Origin: Carcharhinus longimanus
Lineage: Eukaryota
Assembly: GCA_030264375.1 (NCBI GenBank)
Contig: JASCQW010000119.1
Span: 9,334,685 to 9,398,684 of the forward strand
Length of the DNA: 64,000 nucleotides
Direction of reading: 5' to 3'
Shown here: positions 27,701-41,764 of the stretch, in pieces
Layout of the letters: each line of letters begins with the position of its first letter
How positions within the stretch are numbered: the stretch's first letter is position 1
Translations under genes and position numbers: made by a program
The notes under the pieces: generated by a model
Database searches by the model: none
What the model was told of the DNA's origin: nothing
The model's input: only the letters and a program-made list of their open reading frames with translations

Positions 27701-30700
27701 ATTCTGATCCCCCCTTCCCTTCATATCCCTTCAGTCCCAAGAGCTATATCTAATTTCTTCATGAAATCAGGCAATATTCATTCATCGGACATGCCACTGG
27801 CCAGCATTTATTGCATCTCTAGTTTCCCAAGGGTAGTTAAGAGGTAGCCACATTGCTGTGGCTCTGGAGTCACATGTGGGCCAGACCGGGTAAGGATGGC
27901 AGATTTCCTTCCCTAAAGGGACATCAGTGAACCAGATGGGTTTTTCCAACAATCGACAATGGTTTCATGGTCATCAGTGGATTCTTAATTCCAGATTTTT
28001 TTTTACTGAATTCAAATTCCACCTTCTGCAGTGTTGGGATTCAAACCCAGGTCCCCAGAACATTAGCTGAGTTTGTAGATTAATAGTCTAATGATGATAC
28101 CACTAGGTGGTGGCATAGCAGTATTGTCACTGAACTAGTAATCCAGAGACCCTTTGTGGTCTTGGTCAGAGCAGGAGCCATACAAAGCTGTGACACAACC
28201 AGAAGGATACTTTCTATGGTGCACCAGTAAAAAAACATTCTAAGTATACAGGAGATGGAGTAGGCCATTTGGCCCCTCAAGCCTGTTCTATCAATTCTGA
28301 GTTAAAGTCAAGCGTAACTACTATCCTTAATGTACACAACAAATTGTTTAACCCAGGTTCTGTATCTTTGATCATCTTAATAGAAACCCTACAGTGCAGA
28401 AGGAGGCCATTTGGCCCATCGATTCTGCACTGACAACAATCCCATCTAGGCCCTATTCTCATAACCCCAAATATTTACCCCGCTAACCTATGCAACTTGA
28501 GGCACTAGGAATCAATTTAGCTCGGCCAATACACCTAACCTAAGCCTTTGGACTGTGAGAGGAAACCGGAGCACCCGGAGGAAACCTATACAGACACAGG
28601 AAGAGCGTGTAGGCTCCACGCAGACGGTGACCCAAGCCAGGAATCGAACCCGGGCCTCTGGCACTGTGAAGCGGCAGTGCTAACCACTATGCCACCGTGC
28701 CACCCCGACATCTCTTTTAATTATTGTCTGAAGCCAATGTGTAAATTGAGACTGGCTTTCCGTAGCTGTGCTTCTGCGTAGAAGGTTCCGGCTATTTCAG
28801 CCCGTTATCCAGCTGGGAGGTCTTTGCACTGACTCTTCACCATTTTCTAATTGCCCTCATTCTGTCCTCCCTCGCTATCTCTCTCTCCTCTGTGCTTTAC
28901 CGTTGAGGAAACTCAAACTCCCCAGATCCGTGGCAGAACTGTCAAAACCCTGCCTTCAATAATTACGTATCCGCGGCTCCCGCGGAAAGATGAGGCTGAA
29001 TTCTCCAGGATAATTACTTTTCCATGTTTTCCCCTGCATTCGGATTTTTATCTGCGCTGACAGGTGTAAAGGGCTGGCCTTCGCCTTCTCCGCGCTTGCC
29101 ATTGCTTAGTCATCCATTAACTTTTCTAATCAGGCCTGTCAAAAAATCTGATGAATCCTGCGGCTTCCTGGCCAAAATCAATTTGGGGCCTCGTCACCGA
29201 GGGAAAGGAGGAAACAACTCAAGATAGGAGCATCCCTCCTGCTGCCTGCTCCGGCTGGCTCAATACTCAGAAATGCGGTGAAAAATATTACACCAAATGC
29301 TCAGCAGAACTGGCAGACAATGATGCTTAACTTCATGGAATGGAGGACGTGGTCAAGAAGGCGTGTGGTGTACTAGCCTTCATTAATCAAGGGATTGAGT
29401 TTAGGAGTCGGGAGATAATGCTGCAGCTTTATAAAACTCTTGTCAGACCCCACTTGGAGTACTGTGCGCAGTTCTGGTCGCCTCACTACAAGAAGGATGT
29501 ATTGAGAGGGTGCAGAGGAGGTTTACAAGGATGTTGCCTGGATTGGGAGGCATGCCTTATGAAGATAGGTTGAGGGAGCTAGGCCTCTTCTCCCTGCAGA
29601 GACGAAGGTTGAAAGGCAACCTGATAGCGGTTCATAAAATGTTGAGAGGCATAGATAAGGTGGATTCTCGGAGGCTATTTCCCAGGGCTGAAATGGTCGC
29701 TACGAGAGGACAGAGGTTTAAGGTGCTGGGAAGAAAGTACAGAGGAGATGTTATGGGCACGTTTATCACTCAGAGTGCGGTCAGTGAATGGAATCGCCTG
29801 CCGTCGGTGGTGGTGGCGGCGAACTCGCTGGGGACTTTTAAGGCTTCTGGATGAGTACAAGGGTCTTAAAGGGATTGGCAGTTAAAGGTAGTTCTACGGC
29901 ATGGCAAGTATGGATATGATCGGCACAAATTGTGGACCCAAAGGGCTGTTTGTGCTGTAATGTTCTAAGTTCTACGAAACATCCTGGGAACGTTTTAAAA
30001 CTGAAGGTAAAACAAAACGAATGACATTACTGAACTGCTGTGACATCATATGCGGAAATGAAATCTAAAAGATCTTTCCGAGTGTGAATTAAACATCTTT
30101 TCCCCTCTGAGTTATTCCATCGTTTGGAATTTCGTTCCACTCTTGAGCCAATTTGAATCACTCAAACTCATAGCAACAAACGGTTGAATTATTTGAAAAC
30201 TTAATTGCGCAGAGGCAATTAAGCCCGACAGAATTGATTAGTTAAAGTATTGTGCTGTAGAGTTTGCGGTTCTTTTCGCCAGACATTTTTACAACATCTA
30301 AAATACTAGCATCTTCCAGGCAATTTGGAACATTTCCAAGACATGTACTGCACTCAGCATAAAAGAGTAGCGAGTACTTTTACGAGCCTGATATATTTAA
30401 ATTGACACCCAAAATTTGACTTCCTGTAATTATTGGTACAATTTGGATAGTTCAGCAAATGTTGTCATATGACAGGATAAAAACACTTTCCGAACAATGA
30501 AACGTGATTTTACTCAGATTAGTCTCCGGAAGTTGCCTAAACATGTACAAGTTCTTATTCATACCAACACTCGAGAAATATATGTGGAAAATATCTATGC
30601 AGACAACTGGAATTTGACAACTAGAGATTTATGAAAAGGTATTACCATTTTCTTTGTCTTTCAGTTTTTCTTCTGAAGACATATTTGCAAACAATATCGA

Positions 30701-33700
30701 ATGTTATTTGTGCTTTTGTTCCTGAGAGCATATGCTCGCCAGTTAGTTGCAAAGATGATACATGTAAAAACATGTGGCTGTGAAATTATTTGTTTTCAAA
30801 AAACATCACAACATTTCTTCATCATTAGCTGTTGCTAATAACATAATATAACGCCAGATGCGGTATAGTCACAGACAAGAATGTCAAACTAATGATATAC
30901 CATATGCAATAAAATTTCAATCTCGCTTTACTGAGTCTGAAATCTCTTTTTAATTTTACAATTTCCTCGTTGGTTTGTAGTTGGAATTGCGGAATCTACA
31001 GATTCGTGACTGAGGGTTTTCAAGAACGTCATACAATTTGACTCACCTAAATCTTTTGACAAGTTTTGGCAACAGGCTAAATCTGGATCACATAGGGGTA
31101 AGAAACAGTTTGCATTTGAAATGAATTATTCGAAGCGAAAAAGAAATGTCGAAACAAGCTTTGATTTTTTTGTTCTAGTTTGTTGTGGATACTTGAACAC
31201 AATTACAGCAAGCCCGGGATTATTTTTTTTCCAATTGTGTGCTGACAATTAACAAGTAGCATTCATCCCTCGCGATTCCAGTCAACCACACTTTTCCAGC
31301 GTTAAACATATGCCTTTCAATATAGCTAATTATATTGTATTTCCATTTGGCCATTTCTATCGACTAGAAATGGAACTGGACGTGTCATATCAATTACTTG
31401 GCTGCAAAAACGAATTAGCACGAAAGAATATTTTATAGTTAATTCACTTTCAAGGTCGTATAAATGGCACGAACCATGTGTGTGACGAAAAAAACCCGGC
31501 AATTTGCTATCAGTGTATCTGATATGTTATGTCGGCATAATCTTCTTACGTCAATGTCACGAAATACACATTTTACTTTCGGGTATGATGTCTGTAATCG
31601 TCACTTATTATGCAACTGACCTTACCTGGGTGACAATATCGGCAGCATAACTTAGGAGGTTTCACACCATGAATGCCAAAGCATCTTGCATCATTGGAAC
31701 CAAGTCAGCAATAATTTACTCCCTCCATAAAAAAAAACTGAAATTACAGTTGGCTGCAAAATGTACAAGAGGTGATATAGGAACACATCAAACCTATTCT
31801 GCTGCTGTAAGCACGACTTCAACCACACGCATACAAGAAGATAACAGTGGTAGACAAAATGGGGGAAAAAAAGAACAAATATTCCCTCCATAATACTTAC
31901 TGTCCCGAGTTATAATTATATCGTTCTTGCTTCATTATTGCAGAGGAGAAATCTTTTTTTTTCTTAGTTATGTGGAAGCTTTGGTGAGAGTGCAAAGGAG
32001 ATTTACCAGGATGCTCCCTGGTTCCGAGGCTAAGTCTTATGAGCAGAGTTTGAGGGAGCTCAGGTTTTTCTATTTAGAGCGGAAGAGGATGGGAGGCGGC
32101 TTAGCAGAGGATTGTATGATGATGAGGGGGATAGATAAAGTGGAAGTTCAGAGATAATTGCCCTCTGGTGCATGTAGCTGTTAATAGGAGACATAAATAC
32201 AAGGTTCATGGTGGGAGCTATTGCAATATGTCCGAGGTCGGTTCTTTACTTGGAGAATTTTTGGGGTGTGGAATGGACTGCCTGCTGTGATGTGGAGGCG
32301 GACATTTTATGAACTTTCAAAAGGCTATTGGATAGACACAGGTAGCACACCACAATGATAGGGAATGGGGTAGCTTGATCTTGGGTTCAGACAAAGCTCG
32401 GCACAACATCGAGGGCAGAAGGCCCTGTACTGTGCTGTAATGCTCTATGCTCTATATAAATGTTCTATACATGTTCTAAGTCCTGGCCTCATGTGGTTCA
32501 ATAAATAACTTAACATACCTTCTCAGGATCATTCAGGAATGGATAATACATCCGGAACAAAGCGCTGATCCCAAAATCACAATGAACAGAAAAAGCCCAC
32601 CAATATCCTGTCAATTTAGCATTGTGTATCTCTCACCTCTCAACTCAATATCACTGAATGCGAACTTTACTTAAGCGTATGATGTTTGCATTCCTCAAAT
32701 ATAATGCAAGTGTCATTCCGAAACGCTATCCATCAAATATTGTAATTTCTTTATTCTGATAGTATCCGTTCGATATATTCGAAAATAAGCATGCTATCGT
32801 AGTGTTTTTTTTTTATAGTTGGTTCTTGGTGTTCTAACGACATTAGATAGATGTGTTCTAGCACTTGCACACATGCAATGATCATGTCATTTCGTATTAC
32901 ATAATTTCGCAATTGATTCCGTAACTTGGTAGAAATGCTATTCGTTTACAAGAAGCTGACAATTTTATAAAATGAACGAGTATGCTGCAAAAAGTGTAAG
33001 AGCAGCAACGTACCCACAACAAATGTTGAGTCTCCACGCCCTCGCCCTCCCTCACTCATCATTTATTTCCTTCACTATAAATGTACAATTCCTGCAGCAT
33101 TTGTGATTCTGAACATTTCCTAGGACTCGTGACTAAAAGGGCATATCCGCTTTGTCTGAAATTAGGGTGCTTCCCCACAGATCTCTCCCATAAAAAAAAG
33201 TTCCTGAACACAAAATTATTTGTTTAAACTACCAAATACTGCTGTGAAATTGAAAACTTAGTGTCTTGTTTGATCACTCGTCATTCTTGGCATTTTCGCA
33301 CTCTGATGTTTGCTCTATCATAACAGTGAAAATTAATGAATTGATCCAAAGAAGAAGTTAAATTAATGTCATGATTTTAGGTTGCGTACAATAGGAAGTG
33401 GAGACGAGAGTCAGAAATAGATCATATGATGTACATACCGTCTTTAATTTCACCAATTTCTTCCTCTGTTGAAGTTGGTTGATGAATGTGTGAGTTGACA
33501 CCAGCATTTTTTTTATTCACTAAACTATGTTAATAATATATAACAAATGTGCCAGTAAAGATGATATTGCAGTGAGGCTCAACAACAGTCTTATCAATAT
33601 TTCCGTAATGATCATGTATGTTTAGCAATGGAATCGTAATACATTTCAGCTTTGTTTATTTTCTGATTATTTAGATAATATTTCAAGTTGAAGTTGAATA

Positions 33701-36700
33701 CATAAAATTGCCACGACACGTTCTCGTCAATTTATTGATTTTCTGTGTTTAAGGAACGCGAATTTAAAGATGCAGGGCCGCGCGTTATCAGGATATGTTA
33801 TCAAAATCAAAATATCCGTGTATTACTGGATTTAGGAAACTTCATAAGATAGTGCAGTTACATAAAAGTGTGATGCGAAAATGTATGCCATTAAAAGTGC
33901 ATGAACAAATAATACGAACTGGCAGGCGGTATTCAATTTTCAAAACAGAAGTTGTCTAAAATAGAGAGAATATTACATGCACGCTCGTATCCACCGTTTG
34001 GTCCTACAGTGGGAAACATCACAAAGCACAAATTTTGTCTCGGATTCTTCCTGCAGGCGTCCACGTCCTTCGCGTTCTCTGTTACAGCTTTAGATCTGTA
34101 GAGTCTACATTTTTTATTACTCTTATTCGTTATACCACTGCGTTGTCATATTTTGAAACAAACTGCCGTATGTTATGGAATAGTTTAGAGTTATTTCGAA
34201 GATCCACATTTCTATGATGAACGTATATGACTGTAGATGCTGCAATCAGGAGCAATAACTGAAAGTGCTGGAGAGTCTCGAAGAGTGGGTTAGCATCTGC
34301 GGGGAGAGAATAATGCGAAGTTTTCGAGTCTGGATAGCCCTTCCTCAGAATCTGGACGAAGTATCATCATGCTGCCGGAATTGATGAGATTTTCCAGAAT
34401 TTTCTATTACAGTCCGTTTCCTATGTCTGTTTCTGACGAAAACAATGTGTTCAACACTTTGAAACATGCAACTAAATTACGTTTTGGATAACATGCGAAT
34501 GAAGAAAACAGTAGTGAAATCACATGATTGTATATTCTTTGTACATGTGTTGCACGACAGCACAATAAGTCCCCAAGAGCATTTGCACATTAGTCATTTG
34601 GGCACCGCTGGCACACGCTGGAGAGAAGTGATTGGAGTGTTTTCCTCTGATAGATAAGTGAGGAACTTTCGGAAAACCCTCAGACGTATTATCGTAGCTG
34701 ATTGATTGGTTTAGTCGTAACGCCTTATACACAGTGCACTGCACTGTAAATTACACCATCAGAAATTTAAACAATATGTATTCAAATAGTAAAAAAAGTG
34801 TGTCGTCCTCCTCTAACACAATTCAAAAAATATATATGCCTGCCAAAAGCATTTGTCTTCATTAGAATGACAGACATGAACATCCACCAATTACAAGATA
34901 TAATGAATCCCAAGACCCAAATATAGTAGGAAAATCCGTAATTTAATCTTGATGCTTGTGGGCTTCGCTGCAATTCTATGGAGTCCAGGCCCTGCAGTAT
35001 ACCTCCTGGTTTCAGTGCTGGAGTCCTATTTAAGTGCTTCAAAATTTAGATAATCTGACATGCAGGTAAATTAACCTTGCACAAAGAAAACGTTTTCAAT
35101 GTTTTCTCTGGATCGAGCTCTCCTTTCCGAGCTGCAATGTCGTTCGAAATAAAGTTTGGCTTTTTGCTTGCTTCTTCCAGGATAATGCATTTCCTCGTGT
35201 CTTACAAATTTTACTATGGAATCGCCGTGCTGCGACCTGAGTTTCTTGCTATTTCTAGATGCAAAATGTTGTACACAAAAGGCCCCTTAAAACGGTGTAA
35301 TAAATTGATGGGGAATACAAAATTTAAGATATGATAACTCAGTTTCAAAATTACTCAGTTTTTCCACCCAGTTAGATAGTTCGCAAATATCTTGCGCTAA
35401 TATAACGTGCGAGAAACATACATCAAAACATAGTCACGAAATTCGTTTGTCAGAGAAAGTATAATTTTCTTGTTACCTAACTTCTTCAGTGAAGACTTGC
35501 AATCTGCCAACGCTTTAAGAGAACCAATATTTCAGATCATTACTGGAATGACAGCTACAACATTGGCAGTACAGCCCGTTAGTATTTCTGAAATGAACTC
35601 ATCAGGCCAGAACAAGATAGTACCGACTGAGAAGGGAGCAAAACAATGACGGCGCGTGAAGTGAATGATGGGGTGAAATCATGGCCGAACAGGGGACGAG
35701 ACGAGCCACTTGCACTTCGGATATCGTGATAGCTGTGATCGCGTTTACCGAAACTAGTTTGGATTAGAGGACGTGCATAGCAATCCCAAATAGATTAAAC
35801 GGAGGGTTTACCTGAAGACATTTTTCAACGTGATCTGGCGTTTTTTTTTTGGCGAATGTGCAGCGTTACGCCAAGCCCGAGATCTCAGTGCCTCATCATG
35901 GTCGCTTGGATATTGAGTGATCATGCCCAAGATGGACTGCAATGTTTTATCTTATCAGTTCCAATCGTGTTTGTCCCTCATGGGGAGATCATGAGTGAAC
36001 TGAATTTCACTTGGCTTACTTGATGAGAACAAAATTTCTGAAAGTTATCAAAACAAAAACGCTCATTAGGTGGAATAATGCTTCGAGAGCTAAATGCGTT
36101 GCCGTGATAAATGTGCCCAGGAACAGATAACTGCCAAGCTAATGCGTAAATTCATACCGCTCGTGCAAACTTTCATTTGTTCAGAATTTAGTGAAAGCTT
36201 GAAAACGTTACTTCAAAAAAATATGAATTGATCGTGATAAGAGAGATTTTTTTTTGTATGCTATGGGGTTTAGAGATATTTATTTAATTAGCGTTACATT
36301 ATTCTGAGAGTTAAAATATATATTTGAAGGATATTGGAATTTAAATTGAGACGATGGCAGAATAAATTTAAATTTCAAACTTCATCTTATATAACCGATA
36401 TGATCGAATATATCACTTTTGAGGAAGTTGCATGGGACATATCTACTGGACAGTGAGTTTGAATCAGTGACGAATGCAAGTGAAGCGACCACACCGTTCT
36501 TCAGGAATCCTGGAGCATCGTCACAGAGTGGCACCATGAAAAAACTGCTTGGAACAACACACCACCACCCCGACTTTTCCCACAGCTTCAAAAGACATTT
36601 ACTGCCGAGAGGTTTCACAACAATTACCCGGGTAGGTTAAAACTTATTTTGTTCAGTTTCCTTACAATTTGGAATAGGAAAAAAAAAATGAATTTCAATC

Positions 36701-39700
36701 ACAGATTTCGAATTGGGAGAACTTGTTCATCACTATTTATTCATGGAACGAGGGAAAAATAAACGAACCAACTCTAAATTAACGAGTAAGCCATTGAGTC
36801 ACGAACCACTCCTCAGTCTACACGATGCTGACCGTGTAGCCAGGCACCGCACTGAAGTGAAATTCCGCCCCTTGAGTAGAACCCTCACCAGTCACTAGTG
36901 CTGAATCCAATCAGAGCACCCGACGCCTACACTCCTAAAACACGAGGCCCTATTGACACCATGTCCCTTTAACCACACTGAGCAATGGTGCAAGTGACAA
37001 ATTGTAATCAGCTCAACTGTCCAGTACCAGCTACAATAACTATCAGACTTCCACACTGCCACTGCGCACCTTCATGGACCAGCATAGGAACGGCAATTGT
37101 GCTCACCATTGAAAGCGCAAAGCGAACATATTATGCTATCAATGAAACACTCCAGTGAAACTAGTCTCCAACGAACAAAGCATCTACCAAACATCACCCT
37201 TCTCGATCAGCATGTTAACAGACTTCATCGATTAACCCACTTCAACAACGGTGGCAGCACCCAAAGCACAGACCTAATCAATTCTTCAGGCCCAGCCAAC
37301 TAATTAACTGAGCCCCACCTTACAGAGAGAGAGAAAAAAGTTGCACTCTCCATTCCCTCACACGTACGTTGAAATACTTCCTGCTCCCTTCGATCTCATA
37401 GTTCCTGAATCACTAAACCCAACTTTTTCATCGCAGCTGCAGTTTCATCACTGTGGCCCTGCTTTTCAGCATCACCATTTTCCTGATCTGGACTAATCGC
37501 TTTAGGATTTCATCCTGCTGAGTTGAAATTTAGGGCAAAAATTGCTGGTCGGAAGTCCAACTAAGTGACTAAGAAAAGACTAATTGGATTGATACTCCAA
37601 TTTTTCAACATTCCAACAGATTTCCAATGCATTTCCTTCCAGATTAAGTTCAAATCTTGACCTGGAAATAGTCACAATGAAGCTCAACAATTTGTAGGTC
37701 ATATTGCCGTTTGCTAATATGCATGCAGTTATTTTCTAATGCTTAAGTACATCCCGGAAACCGATGTATTGACGTATGTGTGTTCTGTTGAAGAACTCAG
37801 CCTGCTGTAGTTCAGCACATGTACCTAAAGCATGTGCACGAGTTGCATCGTATACCTTCTGATTAGCATGTTTTATTTATGTGTTGCACAAACATTACAT
37901 CTATTCTCATGTGCTTCGTTTACTTTGTTTATTTTTCTTCTACGTTGTAACTACAAATATTGATTCTTCCGGTACAATTAATTAAGGGCCGAAGTAGATT
38001 CGTGGTCATCCGGATCTCCCGCACAAATTTAACAAAATAAAAACTCAAGAATAAAGCCAATTACAAACTTCAGCTCATCGCCACGTCAAGCATGAACGAT
38101 CTCTATGTTCCACTGCACTGACTTCGGGTTCGTTATTTCAATATTCGAGTCTCACATCGTGAGTGCCTCCATATGTTTCGCTGCAATGCTTCTTGTGAAG
38201 TTTTCGTGATGTGATTGAATGAAAAAATGCACCATGAAAATCCATGTCTATGGTTTTCACTTCGAGTTTTGCATCTGGTCAATGATTCAAATATTCTACA
38301 GCTGCTGGTCCGTTCAACAAATGTGTTGCGACAAGCATGTTAATTGCTGAAACTTCAGGGTTATCAATACGCAATTGCTTGAGTTCTAAGGGCCAATCGA
38401 AGATTATAAATTTCTAGTTTGAAAAAGAAGTGGCACTGCACAAAACAAACTGTGCTTTTATCGAGCTGCAGAAATCAGCTTGCTTAGAGGGTTTACAATG
38501 GAAGTTGCGAAATATTGATAGAATCCGACTGTGCAGAAGGAGGTCATTCGGTCTAATCACTCTGTCCCAACCACAAATGCACCCATACCCTATCTCCAGA
38601 ACCCTTGGCATTTAACCTAGCTAGTTCACCTGACACGAAGACAATTTTAGTGTCGCCAAATAACTTTTGGACTGCAGGAGGAAACTAGAGCCCCCTGAGG
38701 AAACCCACACAGACACAGGGAGAATGTGCAGGCTCCACACAGACAATGACCCGGACCGTGAATGAAACACGGTCCCTGAAACTGTGAGGCATAGTGATTA
38801 CACTATGGGGCCCCTTTGTATTGTCCATGAAGTGCTTAGTGAAAAAAAAAAACACGATTCTTGTGTTTCCTATACTTTCACAGCATGTGTTCACTCAGTA
38901 GGAGGTGCATAGCTCATATTAATAGTAACTGGGAAATTTCAGGAAACACCAGATAGCCATGAAGTATATCTTCTTCTAATTCTCCACACAGTCGTCAGTG
39001 TTGACCACCTGTTGCCCCGTCGTACAATGGTATCACTTGTTGCTTGACAGGGATTGAACTGCCATGTTGTGCATACAACCAAAATGGAATGCTGTTCGAT
39101 CAGATTCATAACAGCATTTTAATATAAATGCAGCTCAACTGATATCGCATCAGTGCTGAAATATTGTGCCATCTTAGCGGTATGCGTATAATCCCTATTG
39201 GTTGGACTGCCACATCCAGTTAGCTGACAGTGTGATGCAAATCAGACATTTCGTCCTGAAATGTCCAGTAGGTCATATTCAAACGTTGCTCTTCTGGGTG
39301 AAATAATCTTGTCTTGGGATCTCAGGATCAATTTATAATTCTCATTTCTCTTATCTACATTGCGGTGATCTTGGAGACTGCACTTTTATGTGTTTCCTAC
39401 AATGATCCCAACACAATGGAACCACAACACATTAAGCAAGATTGCTTAATCATGACACCGTTTTGTAGTTTTTTTTTTGCATGGTTTTTATCCTCCCGGT
39501 TACAGCGATGATTTTGCAGAAACATGGACTGAATGCAAATCTTATTTTGTTTCACGCATAAACGAGTAACAAAAATCCTGAATGAATGTCATGAAAAAAT
39601 ATGTCCTCTAGATCCAATAATAATGCAACCCAATTTATGTTTAAATTTCATTTCTCAGTGTCGACATTTATGAATAGCGTTATGGTGGTGTCAAAGACAT

Positions 39701-41731
39701 TCATGGTAATCCAACGAAGATATGCACAATTACCATGGCAGACCCAGGAAGTGAAGGTTCGATTTCACAACCCGAATGACATTTTATTCATTCGAGTGGC
39801 ATGGGCGTCTCTGGCTGGCCAACATTTTTCAACAATCACGAGAGGACAGGGTCGAGAGAAGTTGGTGATCAGCTATTCCCTTGAATCTTTGCACGTCATG
39901 TTCTATGGGTTGATTCACTCTGCCGTTAGGGAGGATAGTCCGAGCGTCTGACTCAGCGACGGTCAAGGAACACAATATATTTCCAAGTCAAGGTGTTCAT
40001 TCGTTTGGAGGGGAGCTGGCAGCTGGTGGTGTTCATATGTATCTGTTAATCTTGTCCCTATAAATGGAAGTGTATTTGGTTTTGGAATGTGCTGTCCAAG
40101 CCTCTTTGCTGAATTGAAGCTTTACATTTTTAGATAGTAAATAAGAACATAAGAACATAAGAAATAGGAGCAGGAGTAGGCCAACTAGCCCTTCGAGCCT
40201 GCCCCGCCATTCAANNNNNNNNNNNNNNNNNNNNNNNNNNNNNNNNNNNNNNNNNNNNNNNNNNNNNNNNNNNNNNNNNNNNNNNNNNNNNNNNNNNNNN
40301 NNNNNNNNNNNNNNGGCAGACTTGTTAAAAATACGTTCAGTACGCATTTCCGTTTTGTCATTTCCGCTGTCACCTGCTGCAGGCTTAGCATAGTAGCATA
40401 TCCTTTTGGACTCAAATAAGTTCGATTCGTAATGTTGCTGCCCAGACACTGTTGGTGCTGGATATTTAAGTCCCCCACCCCTCCCACTCACCCTACATTT
40501 TGTGCTGTGCCAACAGCAGTGTTGTTCGACCTACAGCAGAACTGATTCATCAGACGAAGGAGGACGGTGCGTGGCAAGTAGTGAGATGTTTCCTTGCCTA
40601 CCTTTAACCTGAAACCATGAGGCTTCATGGGGTCTGGAGTCAATGTGAAGGAGCCCCACGGCAATTGCTTTAAACTGTTTAACACGGTGCCGCAAACTCT
40701 TCCAGGCTACTTCTGTGGGTGGGATAGGACATATCCATGAATGGTAGTGGTGTTTATATGATAATATTTACAAGTTATGATTCCGTGAGAATGATTGTGT
40801 CATCTTGATGAACCATTTCCAAAATCATTATAGGGTGAAATCATTGGAAATATTGAGGTAAAATTGTATACGCGTACTCCTAACCTGAGTGTCAGCCTGG
40901 TGAAGCTTCAAAACAGTGTTACTTATAAGCCAAAAAAAAACATAAACTACAAGTGATAGACAGAGATAAGCGATCTCCAATAAACTGACAAGTATAGTCT
41001 CTGCAGCCCTGCCATATCAAGTTGGACAATGAAGGTGGACATTAACACATTTCACAGGAGGATGAGGCTCCACAGATATCACCACCCTTAATGACGAAGG
41101 AACCCACCCAACAGTGCAAGATGTTTTTTACAATCTACAGCCAGAAGTGCCCAGTGGATGATATATCTCCACCTCACAGTGGTTCCCAGGATCTCAGTGC
41201 AAAGTCTCCAGCAAAATCGGTTCAATCCACGGGATTTCACAAAACGGTTGGAGGCATATGTTCTTGCGAAGAGATTTGTCGCTGAAAAAAAAATCCGTTA
41301 ACAGCACAGAAAAAAAAATCTTTTGAACTTCCGTTCCACCAGCCAAGTTTTTTTTTTCAATACAGTTGATATTATCGAATTTGTCTATCAATGTGAAAAA
41401 AAACCCAGACATTCGGTGCCCAGAAAACAGGACAAATCCTACCCAACCAATTATCACACAAGCGTCCGACTCCCAAATGATTAGGAAAATCTTCCTAATC
41501 ACAAACAAAGGTCACAAACAGTTCTATCAAGCAGCACTTGACAGTAATAACTTACTCAGAGGCACCCTAATAAATGAGTATACATATGCAACGGTGTAAC
41601 TGCTCAAAACATGTCAGTGAAGAATTCGTGTCTATAACGGACCATATTTATCAAGAATTCTGGAACACAAATTTTATTCAATCTTTTTTTTCTTATAGGC
41701 GGTTGTGATGGCGTTGTGTGTGTGTGTGTGT

Positions 41732-41764
<33 letters not shown>

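Noticed and set aside
26287-28705. tRNA-like A/B boxes
   Set aside because: They are SINE heads followed by SINE body sequence, not tRNA genes.
30564-30593. 30-nt in-phase candidate exon ([10 protein letters not shown]) just after exon 12
   Set aside because: It would need an intron of only about 50 nt and does not match the repeat.
31625-31721. Minus-strand segment ending CAG|gtaagg
   Set aside because: Stops in all three frames from the nearest acceptor.
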